Assembly (NCBI GenBank): GCA_964430475.1
Contig: CAYSEQ010000003.1
Span: 23,832-87,831, forward strand
Length of the DNA: 64,000 bases
Reading direction: 5' to 3'
DNA from: an uncultured Gammaproteobacteria bacterium
Lineage (GTDB): Bacteria; Patescibacteriota; Microgenomatia; UBA8517
The first letter of the stretch is position 1; every line of letters begins with the position of its first letter. Under the pieces are notes generated by a model. The model had not been told where the DNA came from. It saw only the letters and a list, made by a program, of their open reading frames with translations, and searched no databases. Below, piece by piece: positions 27,780-36,898 of this stretch. Both the position numbers and the translations under genes were made by a program.

Positions 27780-29600
27780 CTATTTTTCTAAAACGCTATA
27801 AATTCTAATAAGCCCACTTCCTACTTTTTCCTGCTTCTTAATTTTAACACGCCCTATCTCAGAAGTACGAGAAACATGAGGTCCTCCACAAAATTCTTTA
27901 CTGAACGCATTCTCTAAGCTTTCTCCGATAAAATAAACCTTTACCATATCAGCGTATTTCTCATTAAAGGCATGTATGGCTCCAGTTTTTAAAGCCTTGT
28001 CTTTAGGCATGATCTGAAAATTGACGGGTAGGTCCTTCTCGATAACATCATTAACCATATCTTCGACTGCCTTAAGCTGGCTATCGCTTAATTTCTCGGG
28101 ATTAGGAAAATCAAATCTACTTCTTTCTTTAGTTATGTTTTGTCCCATCTGGATAACATGCTCACCCAGTATCTTTCTTAAAGAGGCTAATAAAAGATGC
28201 GTTGCTGTGTGGAGCTTGATTGTCTCAGGTGAATTATCAGCAAGTCCTCCTTTAAATACTCCCGCTGAGGTTGTACGACTTAAATCCCTATGTTTTTGAA
28301 ATTCTCTCTCAAACTCCTTTTCGTCTAATCTCAAACCCTTTTTTTGGGCTAATTCCTTGGTAACCTCAAACGGAAAACCATAAGTCTGGTATAGGTCAAA
28401 GGCAATCTTAGCATCAATCTCTTTTTTTTCTTCAATAATTTTTAGACCATACTCAAGGCTCCTACTGAATTTCAAAAGTTCCTCCTCTAAGACATTTTCT
28501 ACCTCTTTTCTAAAAATTCCACTATCAGGAAGTATTTCTTGATAAGTCCTTATTACTTCGTCCCCAAGGTCCTTTAGCTGAGGTATGGAGACTATTCCCT
28601 GTCCAAGCTGATAAAACTTGACTGCACTTCTCCTTATCAGCCTTCGCAACACATAGCCATGTAATTTATTTGAAGGAAGTACCTTGTTTGCTATTAAAAA
28701 AACACTCGCTCGTATATGATCCGCTATTACCCTAAACTCTGGTTTGTTCTTCTCATACTCTAAACCGGTCAGTTTTTCAATCTCCAACAAAAGATTTTTG
28801 AAAAGATCAGTCTTAAAAACATCCGGATCATCGTTAGTAGCTGCAGTAATCCTTTCCAAACCCCCTCCAAAATCAACATTTTTTTGAGGCAGTTCTTGCA
28901 ACCTACCCTCAACCTTCTTATATTGAATAAAAACGGAGTTTCCTATTTCCAAAAATCTTCCACAGTTACAGTTAGGATGGCAAGGACGAGAGGCGTTTTC
29001 CGAATTCTCATGAATCTTTTTTTTAGCATCAGGGTCAAAATCGTAAAAAACTTCTGAATCTGGACCACCTATTTCTCCAATAGGCATTTCATCGGGTGTC
29101 CCGCTCCTACTCCACCAATTTTTCTCCACTCCATAATAAAAAATCCTTTCTTTGGGAATGCCTATCTTTTTCCAAATATGAGTTGATTCTTCATCTCTGG
29201 GAACATTTTTATCACCTTTAAAAACAGTCACCCACAACCTTTCCTTGGGTAAACCTAACTTTTGGGTCAAAAATTCAAAAAACCAGACCAACTGTTCCTT
29301 CTTGAAATAGTCACCAAAACTCCAATTGCCAAGCATTTCAAAAAAAGTAAGATGGTGAGTATCACCAACCTCTTCTATATCAACAGTACGTATACATGGC
29401 TGGGAGTTAACAAGTCTTTTTTTGCCCGAAGGGTGAGGTTCACCCATAAGGTAGGGGACTAGGGGTTGCATTCCTGAAGAAATAAAAAGGGTTGTAGGAT
29501 CATCTTCCAAGACTAAAGGGGCGGGGGCTATTTCAATATGATTTCTGGGAAATTCCTTAAAAAACTCTATGAATTTAGTTCTAACTTTTCTTGACTCCAT
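27780..29600 (-). CDS. alaS: alanine--tRNA ligase lacking the C-Ala domain
   Basis: Catalytic-core motifs (RLVNSQPCIRT, FFEMLGNWSFGDYFK), editing-domain HxxxH (TATHLL) and CGGPH; ~607 aa from Met at 29600. The ORF continues to 29681 but the AlaRS alignment begins at MESRKVR. Confidence 0.85.
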   Translation of the reverse strand: MESRKVRTKFIEFFKEFPRNHIEIAPAPLVLEDDPTTLFISSGMQPLVPYLMGEPHPSGKKRLVNSQPCIRTVDIEEVGDTHHLTFFEMLGNWSFGDYFKKEQLVWFFEFLTQKLGLPKERLWVTVFKGDKNVPRDEESTHIWKKIGIPKERIFYYGVEKNWWSRSGTPDEMPIGEIGGPDSEVFYDFDPDAKKKIHENSENASRPCHPNCNCGRFLEIGNSVFIQYKKVEGRLQELPQKNVDFGGGLERITAATNDDPDVFKTDLFKNLLLEIEKLTGLEYEKNKPEFRVIADHIRASVFLIANKVLPSNKLHGYVLRRLIRRSAVKFYQLGQGIVSIPQLKDLGDEVIRTYQEILPDSGIFRKEVENVLEEELLKFSRSLEYGLKIIEEKKEIDAKIAFDLYQTYGFPFEVTKELAQKKGLRLDEKEFEREFQKHRDLSRTTSAGVFKGGLADNSPETIKLHTATHLLLASLRKILGEHVIQMGQNITKERSRFDFPNPEKLSDSQLKAVEDMVNDVIEKDLPVNFQIMPKDKALKTGAIHAFNEKYADMVKVYFIGESLENAFSKEFCGGPHVSRTSEIGRVKIKKQEKVGSGLIRIYSVLEK

Positions 29601-29702
29601 ATTGAATTGAATTATAGCGTTGATAGAAGTTTGAATCCAGATTAAAAACTCAAGAAAGATCCAAGTACGAGTTTCCTGCAAGAGGTATTTATTAAAGAAA
29701 AC

Positions 29703-29984
29703 TTAACCCTTTTCAGGCTCATTAGTTCGGGAGCTGCCTACATTTACCTCACCTTCACCCAATTTCTCCATCTTTTTATTTTTACCAAAAAGCTCTAAAA
29801 TCCCAGTGATCTTTTCTGGTCTTATCAATCCTCCTCCCAGGATAGCGTCTTCTAAGATGCTATTTAATCTTTTTAAGGTACGTCTTAAATCAAGAATTAT
29901 TAAAACAACCTGCACTCCCACTATCACAAGAAGAATCGTTAAAGAGACTATAACTACTGCAAGTAACTTTTGTAGTCCATCCAT
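29703..29984 (-). CDS. hypothetical small membrane protein (DUF948-like?)
   Basis: N-terminal TM plus helical region; 93 aa. Confidence 0.35.
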   Translation of the reverse strand: MDGLQKLLAVVIVSLTILLVIVGVQVVLIILDLRRTLKRLNSILEDAILGGGLIRPEKITGILELFGKNKKMEKLGEGEVNVGSSRTNEPEKG

Positions 29985-30038
29985 ATTTCCTTATTTTATG
30001 CTTGTCCAAGTTTATACTAAAATTTCTTAAAGACTTAC

Positions 30039-30668
30039 CTAACTTTTTAAATTTGGTTCTATCTTACGTCTAACAACAGTCTCTTTTCCAGCCCTAGATT
30101 TAGCCAACACCACGATCTCATAAGTTTTTTCTGAAATCTCGATTTCAGCTTCAAACCTACCATCCTCTCCAACTAATGTTGGCTGGTTATTTATAAGAAC
30201 AGCAGCATCAGGATCAGTTTTCCCCTTGACGATAAGCACCTTTCCAAATACTTTCTGATTTTCTGTAGGGGACTCTATCAAAAGTTCAGGCGGTTTTATA
30301 AAATTAAAATATTCATAAATCAAATAACCTACAATAAACAAGCCAGCCAAAACTACTCCCAAAATAAAACTTAACCTTGGAGTCCAAACAAACTTTTCGG
30401 GAATCTCCACTTTGGGATTTATCTTAACTTCCCTCGGGGGATAGTCTCTTCTTAAAAGGGCGAGAAGAAAAGACTCGTTAAGTTTAAGGATGGACGAAAG
30501 ACTCTTGACAAAACCCACGACTACTGGATATTCTGGCAACTTTCCCCAGTCTCCTTTTTCTAAGGCTTCAATGAACTCTTTTTTAATCTTAGTTTCTTTC
30601 TCAAGCCTCTCCCTGGAAAGTTTCTTTTTGACACGTGCTTCCTTGATTATTCCACCAATAGACTTCAT
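30039..30668 (-). CDS. RodZ-like HTH-domain membrane protein
   Basis: N-terminal XRE-type HTH (SRERLEKETKIKKEFIEALEKGD), central TM, C-terminal beta-rich domain. Confidence 0.5.
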   Translation of the reverse strand: MKSIGGIIKEARVKKKLSRERLEKETKIKKEFIEALEKGDWGKLPEYPVVVGFVKSLSSILKLNESFLLALLRRDYPPREVKINPKVEIPEKFVWTPRLSFILGVVLAGLFIVGYLIYEYFNFIKPPELLIESPTENQKVFGKVLIVKGKTDPDAAVLINNQPTLVGEDGRFEAEIEISEKTYEIVVLAKSRAGKETVVRRKIEPNLKS

Positions 30669-30755
30669 AAATAGGACAAACTCAACAAAGTGGATAAATA
30701 TTATTAAAATACTCGTTCATACATAAATCTTTTTAAATTAAAAGGTTATTCTACT

Positions 30756-32879
30756 CTAATCCACTTGACCCTGGCTTATGTTTTTACTAAAAACCTCCTC
30801 TGGATTTCTAATTAGAACATCTCTGTGTTTGGAGGGTTTGGAAGGATCTTGTGGCCCAACCACACCTGCCTCCTCTAATTGATCCAAAATTCTGGCAGCC
30901 CGGGCGTAACCTATTGAAAGTCTTCTTTGAAGAAGTGTTGCTGATGCTTTCTCATATTGACAAACCAGCTCAACTGCCTTTCTAAAAAGTTCATCAACCT
31001 CCATACTCACTCCTTGGATTGTCAAACCTCCGGATTCGGCTTCAACTGTAATTTCTGGAGCATATTGCGGAGTCATTCCCTGACCTCTTAAGAAAGTAAC
31101 CAAGGCATTTACATCCTTGTCGCTCACATAAGCACCTTGTATTCTCAAAGGCTTTGCTGCATCCGGGGGAAGATAAAGCATGTCACCTCGCCCTAGAAGT
31201 TTTTCTGCACCTTGCATATCTAAAATCACCCTTGAATCAACTTGGGATGGAACTGCAAACGCGATTCTACATGGGATATTTGCCTTAATTAAACCTGTAA
31301 TCACCTCAACGGAGGGGCGTTGAGTAGAAAGTACCATATGAATCCCCACAGCTCTACTCATCTGAGCTATCTTGGTTATCGCGTCCTCAACTTTGACAGG
31401 TGAAAAAAGCATAACCTCGGCCAACTCGTCAATTATCAAAACTATATAGGGGAGAGTTTGAAATCCGCTCACTTCGTTGTAGGTTTGAATGTTTCTTACG
31501 CCTGCTTGCGCAAAAAGCTTATAACGTCTTTCCATCTCCTCTTGAATCCAATTAAGTGCTGAAATGACCTTCTTGGGATCAACAATCACTGGTGTTAAAA
31601 GATGAGGAATATCATTATAGTTAGTAAGTTCCACTCTTTTGGGATCAACAAGTATAAATTTAACCTCCGAGGGACTTGCCCTAAAAAGCATAGAACAAAG
31701 AAAGGTGTTTATACAAACGCTTTTGCCAGAACCTGTTTGACCAGCAATAAGCACATGAGGCATTCGAGATAAATCAGCAACAACAGGTTTCCCAGAAACA
31801 TCTAAACCCAACGCAACAGCAAGCTTACTGGGATTTTTCTTCATGGTGTCAGACTCCAACATTTTCTTTAAAGGAACAAACTCCGGACTTCTATTGGGAA
31901 GTTCTATTCCAACCAAGGAACGTCCTGGAATGGGGGCTTCAATTCTAATCGTTCCAGTGGGCGCAGCCAAAGCAAGGGCAAGATTTCTCTCTAAACCTGT
32001 GATTTTTGAAAGCTTAGTCCCAAGACCAACCTGGAGGGCATACTGCGTAACTGCTGGACCTAGATTTACTTCAACAACTTTAGCGGTAATACCGAAACTT
32101 TCTAGCGTCTGTTCAATGTTTGCAGCATTCTCTTTGATATCGCCCCTATCTGCTTTTCCTATTTCTCCTTCTGAAAGCAGTTCCAATGGCGGATATTTCC
32201 AGATTTTTTCCTCACCCGGAACATTACTTATCAACTTATCTTGCACCAGTAAATCCTGAGTAGTTTTAATTTTTGAAGAATCTTGTATCTCAGTGTTTTT
32301 CAAAGAAGCTGTGGATTTAACTCCTTCTCCTATAACGTTGAGAGGGGTCTTACCAAAAATATCGAGCTTCTTTTTCACACCTCCCTCCCTCACGATAAAT
32401 TGCCTATAAAATCTAACTAAAAACTCCAAAATCTGATCAAGAGAGGTATTAAAAAGAATCAGTACTCCCACCAAGGTTGTACTTCCAAGAACAATGTACG
32501 CACCAATAGGAGTTACCAGGACTGATATTCCTTCGAATGCTTTGTCCCCTAAGAACCCAGATCTTGTCAAGGAAACAAAAGAGACAAAAAAAAGTAAGCT
32601 CCCAATCACTACATTAGGTTGCCCTAATGGGGTCTTAAATCTAGAGACTAGAAACGCAAATGAAATAAAAATAAAGGGTAAAAAAATACTAGCCCAGGAA
32701 AATAGACTAAACAAAATCTCGTTTATCCTATTAAGAAGAAGCCCCCTTCTTGAAAAAGAAATTAGTACCAATCCTGCTAACAAAAAGAAGGTAATTTGGA
32801 CAATAGAAAAGACGGTGGCTGTTTTGAGCTTAGGTCGAAACGCTCGTTTATCTTTTAACCTCTTTCTTCTACTTTTCAT
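30756..32879 (-). CDS. ftsK: DNA translocase FtsK/SpoIIIE
   Basis: N-terminal TM helices; Walker A GQTGSGKSV; C-terminal winged-helix gamma domain (RRLSIGYARAARILDQLEE). Confidence 0.9.
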   Translation of the reverse strand: MKSRRKRLKDKRAFRPKLKTATVFSIVQITFFLLAGLVLISFSRRGLLLNRINEILFSLFSWASIFLPFIFISFAFLVSRFKTPLGQPNVVIGSLLFFVSFVSLTRSGFLGDKAFEGISVLVTPIGAYIVLGSTTLVGVLILFNTSLDQILEFLVRFYRQFIVREGGVKKKLDIFGKTPLNVIGEGVKSTASLKNTEIQDSSKIKTTQDLLVQDKLISNVPGEEKIWKYPPLELLSEGEIGKADRGDIKENAANIEQTLESFGITAKVVEVNLGPAVTQYALQVGLGTKLSKITGLERNLALALAAPTGTIRIEAPIPGRSLVGIELPNRSPEFVPLKKMLESDTMKKNPSKLAVALGLDVSGKPVVADLSRMPHVLIAGQTGSGKSVCINTFLCSMLFRASPSEVKFILVDPKRVELTNYNDIPHLLTPVIVDPKKVISALNWIQEEMERRYKLFAQAGVRNIQTYNEVSGFQTLPYIVLIIDELAEVMLFSPVKVEDAITKIAQMSRAVGIHMVLSTQRPSVEVITGLIKANIPCRIAFAVPSQVDSRVILDMQGAEKLLGRGDMLYLPPDAAKPLRIQGAYVSDKDVNALVTFLRGQGMTPQYAPEITVEAESGGLTIQGVSMEVDELFRKAVELVCQYEKASATLLQRRLSIGYARAARILDQLEEAGVVGPQDPSKPSKHRDVLIRNPEEVFSKNISQGQVD

Positions 32880-33039
32880 TTTGGTACAGGCGAAATCATT
32901 ATAACAATTTTAATCCTAATAAAAGCAAATTTGTATAAAAAAAACTTTGTCGGGTTTATAAAAACTAGCCAGATTTCAAAAATTTAGTCAGAAAAACTAA
33001 AATCTCCTATAAAGGTCCTGGAAATTTTGCCAGCGTTTC

Positions 33040-33440
33040 AATTCCTTCCGCCTTGACTCTAAGATTGCTAGATAAGACCTCCACTCCAAGATGATCAAGG
33101 TGGCGAATATTTACTATTAATAGCTTGTATCTCGGATCAATGTTTTTTCTCCAACGATTAACTTGAGGGCTTCAAAATAATCTCTTAACTCGTCCAGGTT
33201 CTTAAACACATACTTCCTTAAGACCTTATAGCCCAAAATAGTTTCTTAAAAATCTTTCTTTGGCTTTTGATTCATCAAAATTCTGGGGTCCTTCAAAAGC
33301 CTTTCTTGTAACCTCCAATAAAGTACCTTCCTTTTTTGAAGTCCTCTACCTATTTTGCCTTTGTATATTCTTTCGTCCCAACTGTTTGTGAAGATTCCCA
33401 ACCACTTCTTGACTCTGAAAGGTTCTCTTCCTCGGACATA
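33040..33440 (-). pseudogene. candidate decayed coding remnant in the ftsK-rnj spacer
   Basis: Minus-strand frames give protein-like fragments split by a frameshift and an in-frame stop: MSEEENLSESRSGW..., GKIGRGLQKRKVLYWRLQERLLKDPRIL..., ETILGYKVLRKYVFKNLDELRDYFEALKLIVGEKTLIRDTSY. Confidence 0.3.
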
Positions 33441-33466
33441 ATATTAATTTACATAGGAATCAAAAC

Positions 33467-35143
33467 TTACACCTCAACTACTAAAGGTAACACCATGGGT
33501 CTTCGTCTTGTTTTCTCATAAAAATAGCGTTCTAAAAAATCTATCGCAATATCTTTCGCGCTTCTTTTATTTAAACTCTTTTTACTTTTGAGCCTTTTTT
33601 CAAGATTCCTACTTGAAGATATCAACAAATCCTTCATTTTTTTAGAATAAACAAATCCCCGGCTAATAATCTCAGGCTTGGCAATTAGTTTTCCCCTTAT
33701 CCTATCTACTTGTATAAGAACAATAACAATTCCATCCTGAGAAAGTTTCTGTCTATCTCTAAGAACTACATTCCCCACATCTCCTATACCCAAGCCATCT
33801 ACTAAAACATCCCTCACTGGAATCTCTCCCCTGTAAATACCATTTCCACTTTCAAATTCAATTACCCCACCTGCCAGAGGCTCGAAAACGTTCTCACCAT
33901 CAAACCCCATTTTTACCATCAAATCACGATAAGCCCTCATGTGCCTTATAGTACCTCCAATAGGAATAAAATATTTTGGTCTTACTATACTTGCAAGCAT
34001 CGAGATATCTTCTTGACTTCCGTGCCCTGATACATGAAGATCCTCTTGTGTATCGTAGTAATGAACCTCACAGTTGAGTTCAAATAACCTATCAACCACA
34101 AAATCAACATTATCTTTTGTGCCGGGAGGAGCTGGATCACCGGAAAAAATTACCACATCTTTTTCTTCTATTCTTACCAAGTCGTGCTCTCCCAGCGCAA
34201 CCCTATACAAAGCACTGCCTACCTGACCGTAACTTCCAGAAACTATATACATCCTTTCCTCTTTGGGTAACTTCCTTAATCGCTTAGGATTAACTAGCAT
34301 TTGTTTTGAATAATGTAAATAACTAAGATCACTTGCAATCAAAGCCTTGCTCTCAACTGATCTGCCAATAAAAGAAACATATCTACCAAGCCTCTCAGCA
34401 ATATTCAAAGCTTGTTGCACTCTTGATATATTTGAAGAAATAGTAGTAAAAAAAACTTGTCCACTTGTCCTCCTCACAATATCCTCAATTGTTTTCTCAA
34501 TCTCTCTTTCACTCTTGGTGTAACCTGGAGAAGTAGATCCTAAACAATCTGAGACTAAAGCCAACACACTACCTTGAGCAAGGAGTGCAACCTTTTTAAT
34601 GTCAAAAGGGCGCCCATCAACCGGTGTCCAATCAAATTTATAATCTGCAATATGGAAAATCATACCCTCTGGTGTGTCTAATGCATATCCCACAGAATCC
34701 GGTACTGAATGCGACACTCTGAAAGGAGTAATCCTAAAAGAACCGATATCTAGGGTATCGGTTTCTGGGTTAATAACCCTAACCTCCGCTACCTTCTCCC
34801 CATACTCCAAGAACTTATCCTTTATGAAACCGGCAACAAGTTTTGTAGCATAAATAGGTGCACTTACTTCTCGGATTAAAAATGGTAAAGCACCAAAGTG
34901 GTCTTCATGACCATGAGTAATAAGAATTCCCTTAAGCTTATGCCTATTTTCGACGATATAAGAAAAATCAGGGATGACCAAATCAACTCCATACATTTCG
35001 GATTCCGGAAATCCAACGCCACAATCAACCACAATCAAATCCTCACCATATTCATAAACATACATGTTTTCAGTTACGTCTGTAGTGCCGGAAATTGCAA
35101 TAAATTTTAATGACATAAAGTAAGCTGATTCCTCATCTTTCAA
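33467..35143 (-). CDS. rnj: ribonuclease J (metallo-beta-lactamase/beta-CASP)
   Basis: HGHEDH motif, beta-CASP layout, 558 aa. Confidence 0.85.
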   Translation of the reverse strand: MKDEESAYFMSLKFIAISGTTDVTENMYVYEYGEDLIVVDCGVGFPESEMYGVDLVIPDFSYIVENRHKLKGILITHGHEDHFGALPFLIREVSAPIYATKLVAGFIKDKFLEYGEKVAEVRVINPETDTLDIGSFRITPFRVSHSVPDSVGYALDTPEGMIFHIADYKFDWTPVDGRPFDIKKVALLAQGSVLALVSDCLGSTSPGYTKSEREIEKTIEDIVRRTSGQVFFTTISSNISRVQQALNIAERLGRYVSFIGRSVESKALIASDLSYLHYSKQMLVNPKRLRKLPKEERMYIVSGSYGQVGSALYRVALGEHDLVRIEEKDVVIFSGDPAPPGTKDNVDFVVDRLFELNCEVHYYDTQEDLHVSGHGSQEDISMLASIVRPKYFIPIGGTIRHMRAYRDLMVKMGFDGENVFEPLAGGVIEFESGNGIYRGEIPVRDVLVDGLGIGDVGNVVLRDRQKLSQDGIVIVLIQVDRIRGKLIAKPEIISRGFVYSKKMKDLLISSSRNLEKRLKSKKSLNKRSAKDIAIDFLERYFYEKTRRRPMVLPLVVEV

Positions 35144-35760
35144 AGAATACTTAGTTGTTCACCTTCTGTTTTAACCTTCCTATTGACTTCAGCGATGATC
35201 TTTGACAGTTTCTTAAAATCTTCGAAAAGCTGCTCTTTTATTTCAACGTTCCTTAAACCTGCTGCTGGGTGATACATGGGTACTATTACCAACTTTCTAC
35301 CCTGCCAATTTATTTCAAATTTTTTACCATGAACATCAGATATTCTAGAACCTGGCAGGAACTTTCCCATTGAAAATCTCCCTAGGGTAACAATGATCTT
35401 AGGACCCACTGTCTTAATAATCTCGTCAAGATAGGGTTGAAAGGCTCTTATCTCGTCGAGTTCTGGATCTCGGTTCCCCGGAGGCCTATAGTGAACAACG
35501 TTTGTGATATAAATTTCCTCTCTTCTAATTCCAATTCCAGAAAGAAGTTGATTCAAAAACGCTCCTGCATTTCCGACAAAGGGTTCCCCTTTTTTGTCTT
35601 CCCAAAAACCCGGCCCTTCTCCAATAAACATAATATCTGCATCTGGATTCCCAACACCAAAGACTAAATTTGTCGCATTTTCTCTCAAAGGAAGATTTTT
35701 GTCTTTCTCCATCCTGTTTCTAAGTGCTTCAAGAATTTTCACTTTTTCTCTAACATCCAT
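35140..35760 (-). CDS. uracil-DNA glycosylase, family 4
   Basis: [20 protein letters not shown] motif diagnostic of family-4 UDG. Confidence 0.8.
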   Translation of the reverse strand: MDVREKVKILEALRNRMEKDKNLPLRENATNLVFGVGNPDADIMFIGEGPGFWEDKKGEPFVGNAGAFLNQLLSGIGIRREEIYITNVVHYRPPGNRDPELDEIRAFQPYLDEIIKTVGPKIIVTLGRFSMGKFLPGSRISDVHGKKFEINWQGRKLVIVPMYHPAAGLRNVEIKEQLFEDFKKLSKIIAEVNRKVKTEGEQLSIL

Positions 35761-35785
35761 AAAAAGTCCTCTAGAAAAATGCTTA

Positions 35786-36835
35786 TTAGCTCTGACTCAT
35801 AAACTCCTTCAAATTATCAGGCGTAATTTTAAAATTTTGTCCTTGGCCTAATACTATCTTTTTAGCGACCTTTCTCACAATTTTCTCAATAGTCCTCTCC
35901 AATGTCCTCATACCAGCATCAAATCCTAACGGCCTAACAATTAACGGCCAAGTGGATTCATCGATAACCAAAGACTCCCTTGGAACTCCTGCCTGATAAA
36001 GGATCTTTGGGAGCATATAGTCTTTTGCTATCGTTATTTTTTCTTCATCGGTATACGAAGGCATCTTTATTGGTTCTAGTCTGTCCATCACGGCTGTTGA
36101 GATATTATGTGTGTTATTCGCAGTGGCTATAAACAACACCTCGGATAGATCAAAGGGGTAATCAATATAGTGATCGACAAACGACTTGTTTTGTTTAGGG
36201 TCTAGAAGTTCCACCAAAACGCCCATGATTGAAGATCTTCCTTGCTCAGTTACCCGATCAATCTCATCAAGCAAAATCACACAGTTTTTTGATCCTGTGG
36301 TTCTTAGGGCCTTGATAATCTTCCCAGGTTCTGCTTCGGGGTAAAGTCTTGATTGTCCACGCAGATCCAAAGGATCACCCATACCACCAAAGGGGATTCT
36401 TGCAAAATTCCTTCCCATAGCCTCAGCGATCGAGGAGGCTATGGTTGTTTTTCCAGTACCAACCAATCCTACAAAACACAAGATAGGGGCACGGAGCACA
36501 TCTTCTCCTTCACCTCTTTCTCTTTTTAACTTCATAACAGAAATATACTCAATAATCCTATCTTTTATCTCGGCCAAACCATAATGGTTTTTATCTAAAA
36601 TTTCTCTAGCTCTTTCCAAATCAAGGACATCTTCGGTTCTTTTGTTCCAGGGCAAAGAAATTACCCATTCTATATATTTATTTATCCTATCAAATTCAGG
36701 TAAAAATGTAGGGGATTCGACTAAAAAACTCAGTTGCTCGAGCCTATTTAAAATCCTCTTTTTTAGTTCTTCAGGGATTTCTGCCTGTTCGGTTAATTGA
36801 GAAGATTTTGCTAAACTCTCAGATATTTTTGACAT
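35786..36835 (-). CDS. Lon-like AAA+ ATPase module without N-domain or protease domain
   Basis: Aligns to the Lon segment from the LPW region through the AAA+ alpha-subdomain (GLVGTGKTT Walker A, LLDEIDR Walker [10 protein letters not shown] sensor). Ends 25 nt before the next gene. Confidence 0.7.
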   Translation of the reverse strand: MSKISESLAKSSQLTEQAEIPEELKKRILNRLEQLSFLVESPTFLPEFDRINKYIEWVISLPWNKRTEDVLDLERAREILDKNHYGLAEIKDRIIEYISVMKLKRERGEGEDVLRAPILCFVGLVGTGKTTIASSIAEAMGRNFARIPFGGMGDPLDLRGQSRLYPEAEPGKIIKALRTTGSKNCVILLDEIDRVTEQGRSSIMGVLVELLDPKQNKSFVDHYIDYPFDLSEVLFIATANNTHNISTAVMDRLEPIKMPSYTDEEKITIAKDYMLPKILYQAGVPRESLVIDESTWPLIVRPLGFDAGMRTLERTIEKIVRKVAKKIVLGQGQNFKITPDNLKEFMSQS

Positions 36836-36898
36836 AGGGACTTACTTTAACTTTATCACAAATCCTAAAAGTATATTATCTCTAAAGTTCTACAAAAG

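Noticed and set aside
29601-29681. N-terminal 27 codons of the alaS ORF
   Set aside because: Homology to AlaRS starts at the Met at 29600; the hydrophobic upstream extension is probably untranslated.
33336-33521. 61-aa plus ORF overlapping the rnj 3' end
   Set aside because: It overlaps the RNase J C-terminus antisense. The region is better explained as a decayed minus-strand remnant.
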